From: Escherichia coli
GTDB taxonomy: Bacteria > Pseudomonadota > Gammaproteobacteria > Enterobacterales > Enterobacteriaceae
DNA length: 64,000 nt
NCBI RefSeq assembly: GCF_044324875.1
Contig: NZ_CP172185.1
Strand: one strand, 5' to 3'
Positions 22,576 to 31,677 of the stretch are shown here, one piece after another. The stretch's first letter is position 1. Each line of letters begins with the position of its first letter. A program made the translations under genes and the position numbers. A model generated the notes under the pieces. The model made no database searches and was not told where the DNA came from. It saw only the letters and a program-made list of their open reading frames with translations.

Positions 22576-22883
22576 TGCGAAAACATTATTCACAACCATA
22601 TATCCGTAACAGTGCGCCACGCAGCAATAACCGCTGGAGCCTGCGCGAAACACACGCAACACCGGGCGGTCACGTTGTAAAACAAACTGGCGAACACACC
22701 TGGCTGATTGAGCAGGCTGGACTCGTGATCCACAGATGTAACCGCAATCCGTTTACCGGAAACCGCATCTTTGCGCTGAGCAGCGGCGACAACCAGTTCG
22801 GGCAGGATTTCACGCTACACGAAGCCCTGCGAACTGCCGACCGCTTAATTGCGGGGCGCAGCTTTCAGCACCCGGATTATTAA
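22575..22883 (+). CDS. hypothetical early protein
   Basis: 102-aa ORF, start overlaps previous stop. Confidence 0.45.
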   Translation: MRKHYSQPYIRNSAPRSNNRWSLRETHATPGGHVVKQTGEHTWLIEQAGLVIHRCNRNPFTGNRIFALSSGDNQFGQDFTLHEALRTADRLIAGRSFQHPDY

Positions 22884-22922
22884 AAGTCGGCTTAATAAGC
22901 CGTGAACCAGTCTTAATAAGAC

Positions 22923-23180
22923 ATGAGAGGCGATAAGATGAAAAGAGCCTACAAAGAAATCGCTAACGACATACTTCAGAATTATCACCTAACCCTTGCA
23001 AACGAGGGTGTCGCCTATGATGAGCAATCGTTCCGCGCAATGCAGGGTGGGATTCTTGGGCTGTATATCGCCGCCACAGCCAGCGGCGACCTCGAAGCGC
23101 TGGCAGAATTAAAGGTTATCTATCCGAAAGAACTTGGCGAAGACCTGATTAAACCCTATCTCATTGAGGAGCTGGCATGA
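22923..23180 (+). CDS. hypothetical early protein
   Basis: 85-aa ORF (alternative start MKRAYKEI at 22938). Confidence 0.45.
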   Translation: MRGDKMKRAYKEIANDILQNYHLTLANEGVAYDEQSFRAMQGGILGLYIAATASGDLEALAELKVIYPKELGEDLIKPYLIEELA

Positions 23181-23302
23181 ATATTCTTATCTCGTGGTTA
23201 ATTCTCATCCTCGCCATTATTTGCGCGGTGGGAATCATGCGAATTATTAACGGCATTAAAACCATCGAATCATTATTTACTGGCGACAAGCGCCATAAAT
23301 AA
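23177..23302 (+). CDS. small hydrophobic membrane peptide (41 aa)
   Basis: ATG 23177 overlaps previous stop (ATGA); MNILISWLILILAIICAVGIMRIINGIK...; below the 60-aa ORF track threshold. Confidence 0.35.
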   Translation: MNILISWLILILAIICAVGIMRIINGIKTIESLFTGDKRHK

Positions 23303-23382
23303 ATAACCGGAAATTACCAGAAAGCAAGAAAACATCCGCAACGGCGGAGGGATTCCCTTACGCCTGAAATAAGGAGCAGCGA

Positions 23383-23598
23383 ATGAGTAAACCACTAACC
23401 AGCATTGAGCGAAAAATTGTTTTTATGAATGTGGCAGGCGTGCAGTTCGAAGTGGATAAGCAGGTCATCGTCTCCGAAACGAGATGCCCGGCAGCAGGTG
23501 AGCAATGCACCTACCTGACACTGGCAGACGGCACGCAAATAACCGCCGTCACCGACACCATTCGCGAGCTTGTGATTATCAGAGGGGTTAAACGATGA
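23383..23598 (+). CDS. hypothetical early protein
   Basis: 71-aa ORF with AGGAG RBS upstream. Confidence 0.5.
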   Translation: MSKPLTSIERKIVFMNVAGVQFEVDKQVIVSETRCPAAGEQCTYLTLADGTQITAVTDTIRELVIIRGVKR

Positions 23599-23807
23599 CC
23601 AGCAAATACACCACCAACGCACGCAAGCCAGGCAAGGAGGCACGTCATCACATTGCCGTTCTGCGCAATCTCATCATGTGCGAAATCGACGACTTTGTGG
23701 CGGGACTGGGCCAGCCGGGCGAGCCAGCAACACCGGGCGAAATACACAAAGAACTACGCCGCCGCATAGAAAGCGCGGTGGATTACGTCATGAACCCGAA
23801 CGACTGA
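23595..23807 (+). CDS. hypothetical early protein
   Basis: 70-aa ORF, start overlaps previous stop. Confidence 0.5.
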   Translation: MTSKYTTNARKPGKEARHHIAVLRNLIMCEIDDFVAGLGQPGEPATPGEIHKELRRRIESAVDYVMNPND

Positions 23808-23847
23808 CCAGAACGCGAGCGCGCGCCGGATGACGCACGCATAACGC

Positions 23848-24333
23848 TTAGCGGGAAGCGCCAACCGTAAGGCTGGCAATGATTTTTTCGGAGAGTGAGA
23901 GAGATTCGCGATGATTAAGACCAAGAGCAGCACAAGCTTTATTGCGCGCCGGGTTGTCCATGCATTCAAGCACCGGAGAGTCCTGCTTCTCAATTTCCAC
24001 CAGTCGCGCCAGCAACACCTCCGTGCTGAGACCGTCGCTTTCAGTAATCAGGACGTTATAGCGATGAGCCTGTTCTTTTGCAGCCTGAGCGCGTCGCCCA
24101 AATTTCCAGGCGATATTGCAGCCACTAAGCACAGCCACGATACCACCCAGCAACCAACTGAAATTGCTGTCTGCAAACACAGTAGCCCCAGACGTAAGGA
24201 TGACAGCATTAATCACCGTATCCATACGGCGGTTAAACACCTCCGAAATATGTTCAAGCCAGTAACTGTTCCAGAGACGAAACATGACCTCGTGTCGCCG
24301 TTCGGCATGATTTTCAGTTGGTTGTCTGTTCAT
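23848..24333 (-). CDS. hypothetical membrane protein with a two-helix hydrophobic hairpin, opposite strand to early operon
   Basis: 161-aa ORF; hydrophobic stretch INAVILTSGATVFADSNFSWLLGGIVAVLSGCNIAW. Confidence 0.5.
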   Translation of the reverse strand: MNRQPTENHAERRHEVMFRLWNSYWLEHISEVFNRRMDTVINAVILTSGATVFADSNFSWLLGGIVAVLSGCNIAWKFGRRAQAAKEQAHRYNVLITESDGLSTEVLLARLVEIEKQDSPVLECMDNPARNKACAALGLNHRESLSLSEKIIASLTVGASR

Positions 24334-24576
24334 TGCGGTTTAACCCTCCTCATCATCTCGCCCCTGCCCTTTTTCAGGCGCGGGAGCCGGTTGCCGTGGC
24401 ACATGAAATTTATCGCTATCAGACATTTATTTTTTCCCGTGTGTTGTTGAACAAAGTGCCCGCACAGTTTTGACGGAACGGCGGGCGCTTCAAGCGTAAC
24501 ACACCCTTCTTTTCCGGTTGAAGGCGAAAAAAACCGGACAGCTACCCGACACAAACCAGACCAGCGGAGAACTGCC

Positions 24577-25131
24577 ATGTACGCACTTAAACCTATGGGG
24601 ATACCAGGCAAAGCCCCGGCGCATGTGAAAGCCTGGACACAGCAGGAAGATGATTTGCTGATCACCCTGTACCCGCAGCACACAGCACGAGATATCGCCG
24701 GGCGTCTGGGGCGCAGCCACGAAGGCGTGAAGAGCCGCATTTGTCGTCTGCGTGAACAGGGCAGGATTGGCATCAAGCAGCAAAGACTAAGCGATGAGAT
24801 GATCGCCACGCTCATCAGGAACCGCCACACCAGGTCCCTCAAGGAACTGGCACACATGGCGAAAGTTTCGACACGCACGGTAACCAACCGATTGAGGGCG
24901 CTGGGCTACAGCCTGATCAAATGCGGGGATCTGCATAAAAACACCGTCTACAGCGACCGCATCGTTGAGATTATCAGACAGTTACACGACGAGCAGGGCC
25001 TGACGTTCAGGGAAATCGCACAGCGCCTTAGCCACGAACTACAGCCGAACCCTACCCCGACACTGGCTCAACGTCTCTACTGGCGGTGCACAGCATCCGA
25101 CGCCGTATTCCGTGAACTGTTACCAGATTGA
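24577..25131 (+). CDS. putative DNA-binding protein with three HTH-like repeats
   Basis: 184-aa ORF with three similar ~35-aa segments rich in R/K after short helices. Confidence 0.5.
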   Translation: MYALKPMGIPGKAPAHVKAWTQQEDDLLITLYPQHTARDIAGRLGRSHEGVKSRICRLREQGRIGIKQQRLSDEMIATLIRNRHTRSLKELAHMAKVSTRTVTNRLRALGYSLIKCGDLHKNTVYSDRIVEIIRQLHDEQGLTFREIAQRLSHELQPNPTPTLAQRLYWRCTASDAVFRELLPD

Positions 25132-25454
25132 GCAATCACCATGTACACACAAAAAAACCGCTTGCAACAACAAACCGGAACAGGGTACGCTTCCCCCGCA
25201 CCTCATAAAGCGGGTGCCGGGTTTCGCAGCCTGCTGACTAGCAAAGCGCACAACCGCGCCAGCGGTTTTTTTGTGCGTACTGTATTGCCACGTCTTTTTC
25301 GCATCAGAATTATGGTGGGGCGTACGGGGCCGACTTCGGTCGGGCCGGTTTCTTCGTTTGCCGGTGTTGAGAACCCCGTACGTCTCGCCACCCCGAGATT
25401 CTCAACTCTGGTTGGTGAGTATCCAAAAACTCACAAACGAAGAGGCCAAACACC

Positions 25455-25673
25455 ATGGCAAACCGCAAACAGCGCCGCGCTATCGCTGCGCAGCGTCACA
25501 TCCAGACCGAAATCAACCGCAGACTCTTCCGCGCCCACAACATCGCGCGAATCATGCACGCCAACATGCTGCATGAACGCAGTAACGCGTTATCAAACCT
25601 CTATTCCGCTTCCGTTTTCAGCTATCTGGCGGACGACCTGCGCGAGCTGCAAGACCTCATTAACCAGCACTGA
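25455..25673 (+). CDS. hypothetical early protein
   Basis: 72-aa basic ORF. Confidence 0.45.
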   Translation: MANRKQRRAIAAQRHIQTEINRRLFRAHNIARIMHANMLHERSNALSNLYSASVFSYLADDLRELQDLINQH

Positions 25674-25745
25674 TAAACAACCCGAAGCCATCCTGCGCCC
25701 GTTCGCGGGAGGCTTCCGCACATCTGTAGTCGGGAGGATTGCGCC

Positions 25746-26114
25746 ATGATTCTGGCTGACGATTTTCTGGAGTACCTGAACAACACCGAGCGCGACCTGT
25801 ACGCGCGCGTTCTCACCCGTTACGAGAAATACAAACTTTCGCTGCCAGAACATCAACTCCGCGAAGGCGATATCGACATTGAAGGGCGCTACATCGTCAG
25901 GCACCTCATAGCGGGCTACGGCATCTGGCGTGTCACCGGACGTGAGCATTCATTGCTGACCATCTGCCAGAGTCCGTCCGGCGTGATAACGGAGATCGTC
26001 GCTGATAGTCTGCGACTCACCCATCACAGCGCCACCCCGGAAGAAACGCTGGCAGAAACCCAGCGTCTGTGTCGCGTCATTGCCAACGCCGCCCTCCGCG
26101 CAGACAGGAGGTAA
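25746..26114 (+). CDS. hypothetical early protein
   Basis: 122-aa ORF immediately upstream of gpA. Confidence 0.5.
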   Translation: MILADDFLEYLNNTERDLYARVLTRYEKYKLSLPEHQLREGDIDIEGRYIVRHLIAGYGIWRVTGREHSLLTICQSPSGVITEIVADSLRLTHHSATPEETLAETQRLCRVIANAALRADRR

Positions 26115-26117
26115 GCG

Positions 26118-28292
26118 ATGGAGTTCGTCAGAGACTGGCAAAAACCGCGCCCCGCTATCGGGCGCGAAGGCTTACCCGTACCTGAAACCGCACTGGATAC
26201 CATCCTGAAGTGTTACCGCGCGGACGAAGAGCGCGCCCTGAACGCTGAAGAGCAGGGTCATCCGCTTGCGGGCACAACCATCGGTAACGCGATCGACAAG
26301 TGGGAAGGCGCACAGGAGCGCCAGGAAGAGGCCATCACGCTCACACAGGAAGCGAAGAGACGCCCACCCACCCTCATTGAGGAAACCCTCAAAGAGCTGG
26401 ACACCCTGCCAAAGTGGTTGAGGCTGCCACTGATTAAGTACCTGAACTTCTTAAGGCGCAAACAGGAGGACGAACAGCAGAAAGGCAAGCGCGGCAAGGA
26501 CACCCGCAAATATGAGCGCTTCCTGAAAAACGGCATCCCCGCACGTCTTCGCCGTATTCGTGAGATTAACGCTCGCTTTGCACCGTTAAGTTTTCAGGCC
26601 GCTGCCATGCGCGAGAGTCTGGAAGAGTTAATCACACTGCCGAACCTGAGCCGTGAACGCATCCAGAAAATAGCCGTACTGCTTGCCAGCGCCGTTAAAA
26701 TGCATCTTGCCGACGCAATGGACAAGGCCCGCGAAATAACAGGGAACGACAAAGACGACAACCTGAACAACTGGCTGATTGCCTACCAGTATATTGGTCG
26801 CCGTGTCCTGAAGCTGGGGATCACCCCACCATACTGGAGCGCCCTTGAACTCCGTCCCGACCGCAGAAGCCCCCCGGACCTGACACTGGTACCGGGCGCT
26901 GTTTTGCGCCTGAACGACGCCGAATGGTGGAATAAAAAACTTCGCCAGATGCACGACGTCTGGCGTGAGGAACTTTTACGTGCAGCGGGCCTTGTATCCC
27001 GCCAGACCTCCATTTATGTGAGCCGGGAAGCGCTGGCAGACTTCCGCGAGAAACAGGCCCGTACCCGCGATTTTCTCAAAGCGCACGACGTGGAGAACGA
27101 AGACGGCGAACGCATCAGCCTGGAAGATATCTACTACGCCAGTACATCCAACCCGCATAACCGCCGCAACGAGATGATGGCGTGCGTCAAGGGAATGGAG
27201 CTTATCGCACAGGAACGTGGCGACGTGGCCTTCTTCGTCACGGTCACAGCCCCGTCTCGTTTTCACAGCGTCACCGACGCCGGTACCCTTAACCCGAAAT
27301 ACAAAGGCACAACAGTAAAAGACGCCAGCGACTATCTGGTTTATAACTTCTTCGCCTCCGCCCGCAAACTCATCAAAAAAGAGAAGCGGGGCTGGTACGG
27401 CATTCGCACCGTGGAGCCTCACCACGACGGCACGCCCCACTGGCACATGCTGGTATTCACAAGCCCCGAGAACGAAGCGCGCATCACGGAAATCATGTGC
27501 AATGCCGCCATCCGTGAAGACCGTGCAGAGCTGGGCGACGACATTACCCCGCGCTTCAAGTGCGAGAAGATAGACCCCGAAAAAGGTACGCCAACCAGCT
27601 ACATCGCCACCTACATCGGCAAAGGCATTGACGCCGCCGCATTCGGCGACACGGATCCCAAAACAGGCAAACCGCCCGTTGACCACGAAAGCGGAAAACC
27701 TATGGCGGACACCGTGGAAAACGCCGTCGCCTGGGCACGCCTGCATCGCATTCGCCAGTTCCAGTTCTTTGGCCTTCCCTCACGTCAGGTGTGGCGCGAG
27801 TTCCGCCGCCTTGCCGGACAAATGGCACGCAACCCGAAGGGGCCGCAGGCACTGACCAACCCCAAAGCCGACGCCCTCCTTGTTGCAGCCGATACGGGGT
27901 GTTTTGCCAGCTACATCATGCATCAGGGCGGTGTGCTCATTCCCCGCAGTGAATATCTGGCCCGCACGGCCTACGTCACCGCAGAAGAGCCGAACAACTA
28001 CGGCGAGTTCCCCGACCGTATTTACGGTGTACGGATGCCGGAACTGGGCGATGAGTTCACGTTATGTACCCACCCGGAAGAGTGGAAAATCGTCAGAAAG
28101 GAACCGGAACCAGACAACCGCACGGGCGAGGGTTTTGACCTTCAGGGCGACCCCGTCGCCCCTTGGACTCGTGGCAATAACTGTCACCCTGACGAAAAAA
28201 ACAACCAACAACAGCACACAAACAGAACAGTCAGAGTGGGCAAAACTGCCCCCCTTACCCCCATCGTCGGACGGTTTTGTGAGCTGGTTTAA
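26118..28292 (+). CDS. replication initiation endonuclease (P2 gpA-like rolling-circle Rep)
   Basis: 724-aa ORF with HxH metal motif (PHWHMLVF) and downstream Tyr-containing ...YIATYIGKG...; P2 gene order. Confidence 0.85.
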   Translation: MEFVRDWQKPRPAIGREGLPVPETALDTILKCYRADEERALNAEEQGHPLAGTTIGNAIDKWEGAQERQEEAITLTQEAKRRPPTLIEETLKELDTLPKWLRLPLIKYLNFLRRKQEDEQQKGKRGKDTRKYERFLKNGIPARLRRIREINARFAPLSFQAAAMRESLEELITLPNLSRERIQKIAVLLASAVKMHLADAMDKAREITGNDKDDNLNNWLIAYQYIGRRVLKLGITPPYWSALELRPDRRSPPDLTLVPGAVLRLNDAEWWNKKLRQMHDVWREELLRAAGLVSRQTSIYVSREALADFREKQARTRDFLKAHDVENEDGERISLEDIYYASTSNPHNRRNEMMACVKGMELIAQERGDVAFFVTVTAPSRFHSVTDAGTLNPKYKGTTVKDASDYLVYNFFASARKLIKKEKRGWYGIRTVEPHHDGTPHWHMLVFTSPENEARITEIMCNAAIREDRAELGDDITPRFKCEKIDPEKGTPTSYIATYIGKGIDAAAFGDTDPKTGKPPVDHESGKPMADTVENAVAWARLHRIRQFQFFGLPSRQVWREFRRLAGQMARNPKGPQALTNPKADALLVAADTGCFASYIMHQGGVLIPRSEYLARTAYVTAEEPNNYGEFPDRIYGVRMPELGDEFTLCTHPEEWKIVRKEPEPDNRTGEGFDLQGDPVAPWTRGNNCHPDEKNNQQQHTNRTVRVGKTAPLTPIVGRFCELV

Positions 28293-28329
28293 GTCGCTTA
28301 AGAGGCCGGACAGGAAAAAACTACAAAGA

Positions 28330-28608
28330 TTGCTCAAAAAACGCACCGAAGAGAGTCGCCAGAACGCCAGCGGCGGCACCGACACACCCACCGACACCAT
28401 TAACCTGGGCGTTGTGCTGCCGGAACTGCCGGAAATCGTGCAAGTCCGCCGCGATCTGGAAGCGCTGGGCGCGGACTTCCCCGAAGCAATGGCCCATTCC
28501 GTCTTTATGGGTGCCCGCGTTCGTCTGGGTGACGGTCGCACCGTTCACCGCGACGAGCAGACCGGGCGCATCACCGTCACCAGTCTGCAACCGGAGGCGA
28601 AACCATGA
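28330..28608 (+). CDS. small ORF after gpA (possible TTG start; alternatively ATG 28489)
   Basis: Open frame from gpA stop to 28608, stop overlaps next gene start; start codon unresolved. Confidence 0.3.
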   Translation: MLKKRTEESRQNASGGTDTPTDTINLGVVLPELPEIVQVRRDLEALGADFPEAMAHSVFMGARVRLGDGRTVHRDEQTGRITVTSLQPEAKP

Positions 28609-29015
28609 ACCGTTATCATTGTGTACTGCCGCGCCACTACTTCGGTCAGATTATGCGCTCGCGTATTCCGGCGGTCACGCTGCGAAACCTGAGCACGGTA
28701 CCGCAGCCGGGCGATGAGCTGGAAATCGCCGTAGCAGGCCCTGACCGTTCAGCCAGCTGCGTGACCGCCGACGTGCTGAACGCCGTGCCCGTAGGTGGTG
28801 ACTGGCTGGTTGCCATCCGCTTCCGCCAAGACCCGTTCGCACCTGAACCGCTCACCCCCGCAGGCCGCATCATGCAGAACTGGCGGGATGAAGGCGCGAA
28901 GGCGAACTGCGAAAAACTGATTAACAGGATTGCCACGACAAACCGACATGCCGCGCTGGCGCGCCGGATATACCCCGCAAAATCAACACAACCAACAGGA
29001 GTAAAAGGCCCATGA
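28605..29015 (+). CDS. hypothetical protein (accessory island gene 1)
   Basis: 136-aa ORF, translationally coupled (ATGA overlaps). Confidence 0.55.
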   Translation: MNRYHCVLPRHYFGQIMRSRIPAVTLRNLSTVPQPGDELEIAVAGPDRSASCVTADVLNAVPVGGDWLVAIRFRQDPFAPEPLTPAGRIMQNWRDEGAKANCEKLINRIATTNRHAALARRIYPAKSTQPTGVKGP

Positions 29016-29278
29016 AAAGAATCGCCGGAACTGACTACCAGGAGCTGCTTAAAGCGGTGGAAAACTACCGTTCAGCGCTGGTGTGGTGTGAGATTAAGCC
29101 CTGTGACCCGGGAGCAGTTAAGGATTGCAACCGGGCGCGTGAGGACATTCAGCGCGTAATTGGCTACCGCTATGTAGCAGCCATTATTGACCTTGTGAAT
29201 GAACTGGAGGAAGCAAAAGAGCGCATCGCAGAACTGGAAACCCAGAATAACCCCAACCAGCAGGAGCAGAAGCCATGA
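29012..29278 (+). CDS. hypothetical protein (accessory island gene 2)
   Basis: 88-aa ORF, overlapping start/stop. Confidence 0.5.
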   Translation: MKRIAGTDYQELLKAVENYRSALVWCEIKPCDPGAVKDCNRAREDIQRVIGYRYVAAIIDLVNELEEAKERIAELETQNNPNQQEQKP

Positions 29279-29856
29279 AAAAAAGAGACCTTAAAAAACA
29301 CCTCCGTAGTCAGATTGAATATTTTGAAGATAAGGCTGCAAAAACAGGGCTTTCCGGTAAAGAGAACATGAACTTCAGGGCACACCTCCTGACGTGGAGA
29401 ATACTTAATATCACGAGAGATGGACTTGAGCCGCTAGCCTACCTGATGGAAGATGGCGAGACCCTCATACAGGATCCCAATGTGGAAATGGAGAAGAAAG
29501 AGATGGACCTGCCGATAATCGGGCTGTTTGAGATCCCTGAACTAATAGGACGTTATGAACACGAAAACCGCCAGCTTGCCGCCTTTTTATCCGTGACAAT
29601 CGAACGACTGGAAGCCGTGAAACACGATATTCCGTTCGGTTTTGATGAGCGCACCGAGGGTGATTTGCTCAGCTTTCAGATTGCCCTGAACGTGCTCACC
29701 GCAGAGCCTTCTGCGTGGCTACGCCCGGAACGGCACCACAACACGTTCGCATTTACCGTAATTCCCTACGATGCCGCACAGGAAGAGGATAACTTCGAGA
29801 CCAGGCTTGTTCCCCTGTATCAGATTGCGGATTTCTATACGTTGATTCGCTGGTAA
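29275..29856 (+). CDS. hypothetical protein (accessory island gene 3)
   Basis: 193-aa ORF, overlapping start; followed by terminator. Confidence 0.55.
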   Translation: MKKRDLKKHLRSQIEYFEDKAAKTGLSGKENMNFRAHLLTWRILNITRDGLEPLAYLMEDGETLIQDPNVEMEKKEMDLPIIGLFEIPELIGRYEHENRQLAAFLSVTIERLEAVKHDIPFGFDERTEGDLLSFQIALNVLTAEPSAWLRPERHHNTFAFTVIPYDAAQEEDNFETRLVPLYQIADFYTLIRW

Positions 29857-29870
29857 TCCCCCACAGTAAA

Positions 29871-29895
29871 ACAGCCCGACCGGGCTGTTTTTTTA
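29871..29895 (+). terminator. intrinsic terminator (acagcccgaccgggctgt + T7)
   Basis: Seen in sequence after the 29275-29856 ORF. Confidence 0.6.
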
Positions 29896-29951
29896 TCTGA
29901 TATTTTTGATAACGTTGACCGGCTCATTAGCAAAAAAGCAAAGAGGAAAAC

Positions 29952-30338
29952 ATGAAAGCCCGTATCGGGATCATCCCGGAAAAAGCCCTGCGCCAGCACC
30001 TGATTGATATTGCCAGAGGGAAGCGAAAACCACAGCCCGACGAGCCAAAGGTATGGTTTTCATCCATCAATGCGGCAGGCCAGACGCTGAGCAATGAAAA
30101 TATCGCCCTTCTGCGTCTTATGAATGAGGAGAAGCCGCAGACCATGACCGCACTTGCGGAGTTATCCGGCAGAAAACTGAGCAACCTGTCTGTAACCCTG
30201 AAAATGCTGAGCAGCTACGGTTTTGTCAGTCTGGAAAAGAAAGGGAATACTGTACACCCGAAAGCACTTTTTACCGATTTTGAAATCATCGTTGATCCGT
30301 CCGTGGGTTCAGTACATCGCGCCACCGCCCGGCCCTGA
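29952..30338 (+). CDS. hypothetical protein, possible winged-helix DNA-binding
   Basis: 128-aa ORF with RBS GAGGAAAA; segment ...MTALAELSGRKLSNLSVTLKML... looks HTH-like. Confidence 0.45.
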   Translation: MKARIGIIPEKALRQHLIDIARGKRKPQPDEPKVWFSSINAAGQTLSNENIALLRLMNEEKPQTMTALAELSGRKLSNLSVTLKMLSSYGFVSLEKKGNTVHPKALFTDFEIIVDPSVGSVHRATARP

Positions 30339-30348
30339 AGTGCGCAAT

Positions 30349-30370
30349 AAACAGCCCCGTTCGGGGCTGT
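30349..30370. terminator. hairpin cagccccgttcggggctg between convergent genes
   Basis: Seen in sequence between 29952-30338 (+) and 30374-30748 (-). Confidence 0.45.
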
Positions 30371-30373
30371 TAT

Positions 30374-30748
30374 TTATTCCAGAATCAGCTGTTCAGGTGT
30401 GCAGCCGTACAGTCTGGCAAGGCGCTCAATATTTGCCCTGCGCGGGCGTTCCGTTCTTTCGAATTCGGACACGGTAGCCTGCCTGATACCCAGCGCATCC
30501 GCCACCTGCTTTTGCGTCATTCCGCGATAGATTCGCCACGCCGCCTGCATTGTGCAGCCACGCTCCGAGAGAATGTTAACCACCTCGTTGGGATACAGCG
30601 TATCAGGCGATGCACACGGTTCGTTCTGGACGTCCTCGTAGAGTTCGTCAAGGTCGCTGTCTCCTGCCAGTTTTTCAAACAACGCCACTGGCAGAATGAC
30701 GGACACCCTGTTACCCGCACCGTCAGTAATAAACTGAATCTGACTCAT
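30374..30748 (-). CDS. XRE-family HTH protein, putative antitoxin/regulator
   Basis: 124-aa ORF; C-terminal ...MTQKQVADALGIRQATVSEFERTERPRRANIERLARLYGCTPEQL typical XRE HTH; strong RBS CAGGAGGGG. Confidence 0.6.
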   Translation of the reverse strand: MSQIQFITDGAGNRVSVILPVALFEKLAGDSDLDELYEDVQNEPCASPDTLYPNEVVNILSERGCTMQAAWRIYRGMTQKQVADALGIRQATVSEFERTERPRRANIERLARLYGCTPEQLILE

Positions 30749-30794
30749 TTACCCCTCCTGCTAAACATCGGTTTATTTTTTAATTTGCTGCCGG

Positions 30795-30821
30795 TGATAA
30801 AAAACGGCGGGTCGCCCCGCC
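30795..30821 (-). terminator. hairpin ggcggg-gcga-cccgcc + T6 immediately after the RelE-like stop
   Basis: Seen in sequence (reverse complement of 30795-30821). Confidence 0.45.
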
Positions 30822-31094
30822 TTAGTATGTTGTCGAGGTTCTCCGCTGAATACGGAGGATCCTGATAACCACTATCTGCCCTCCCTCAATCGTGAACCTG
30901 ACACGGTAATGATTTACCCTGAGTCTGTACTCCCCGCCCGAGTCAGTGAGCTTTTTAATATCCAGATTCTGGAACTTCGGATAGCCATAAAGCGCGTTAA
31001 CTTTCTCGCGTAAGGATTTCTGATCCCTCGCTGGCAAAACCCGTAAATCTTTGATTGCCCGAGGGGTCCACATGATTTCAGTCGTCATAAACAC
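30822..31094 (-). CDS. RelE/ParE-superfamily toxin-like protein
   Basis: 90-aa ORF; ...KKLTDSGGEYRLRVNHYRVRFTIEGGQIVVIRI... matches the RelE/ParE pattern (KxL..G...YRLRVGDYRV.Y). Confidence 0.6.
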   Translation of the reverse strand: MFMTTEIMWTPRAIKDLRVLPARDQKSLREKVNALYGYPKFQNLDIKKLTDSGGEYRLRVNHYRVRFTIEGGQIVVIRILRIQRRTSTTY

Positions 31095-31677
31095 ACCGGA
31101 AGCAAATTATTAAAGAGCCGTGCCCGCTGGCACACCTTAAATATAGGTTTTAACCCCTATATTGTCAAACAAAATCCCTATATCATGAAGTAAAAAAGCA
31201 CCTCCCGCGACCTCCCTTTCCGGTGCACGAAAGTGCACAAATTTGCACAATTTTTTTGAACGACTTTTTGCCCTTCCGGCCCGTGTGGCGTCTGGATCCG
31301 TCGGGGATCCGTGCGTGCACGAAAAAAGGCCTTTTTCTGCGCGCAGGTGACGGGGGAACAGCCCGCGTTTCAGGGGGTAAATAGCATTCCCTGAACGATG
31401 TTGCAGTGACACAACAGAATGGCTGTATTTCTCACGCTGAGCGTGAAAAAGACGTAAGGGCTTTTGATTTGATGGGGTGAAAGATAAGGCCGTCAAAATC
31501 GCACTGAGGCAGCGAGAATATGTCGTCAGAGTTGCGGGGTTGCGTAAGCATCCGCCCGGCGATGATGGCTACAGGGCTGGAGATGTTGTGAAATTATCTG
31601 AAGGAATAACCAGCTTGCAGGAGAACCCGGGCAAAGTCAGAATAGCGGCAGGCATCAACTCAAAAGAGGATAATGTC

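Noticed and set aside
25141-25749. 202-aa ORF spanning the early intergenic region
   Set aside because: Crosses an intrinsic terminator and stem-loops and overlaps a better-supported 72-aa ORF in another frame; Arg/Pro/Ser-rich translation.
27880-28608. 242-aa ORF overlapping the 3' end of gpA
   Set aside because: Most of it lies inside gpA in another frame; only the part after the gpA stop (28330 or 28489 to 28608) is plausibly coding.
31137-31496. 119-aa minus-strand ORF upstream of the RelE-like gene, considered as a possible antitoxin
   Set aside because: Lies in the repeat-rich noncoding stretch, has no RBS and no antitoxin-like features.
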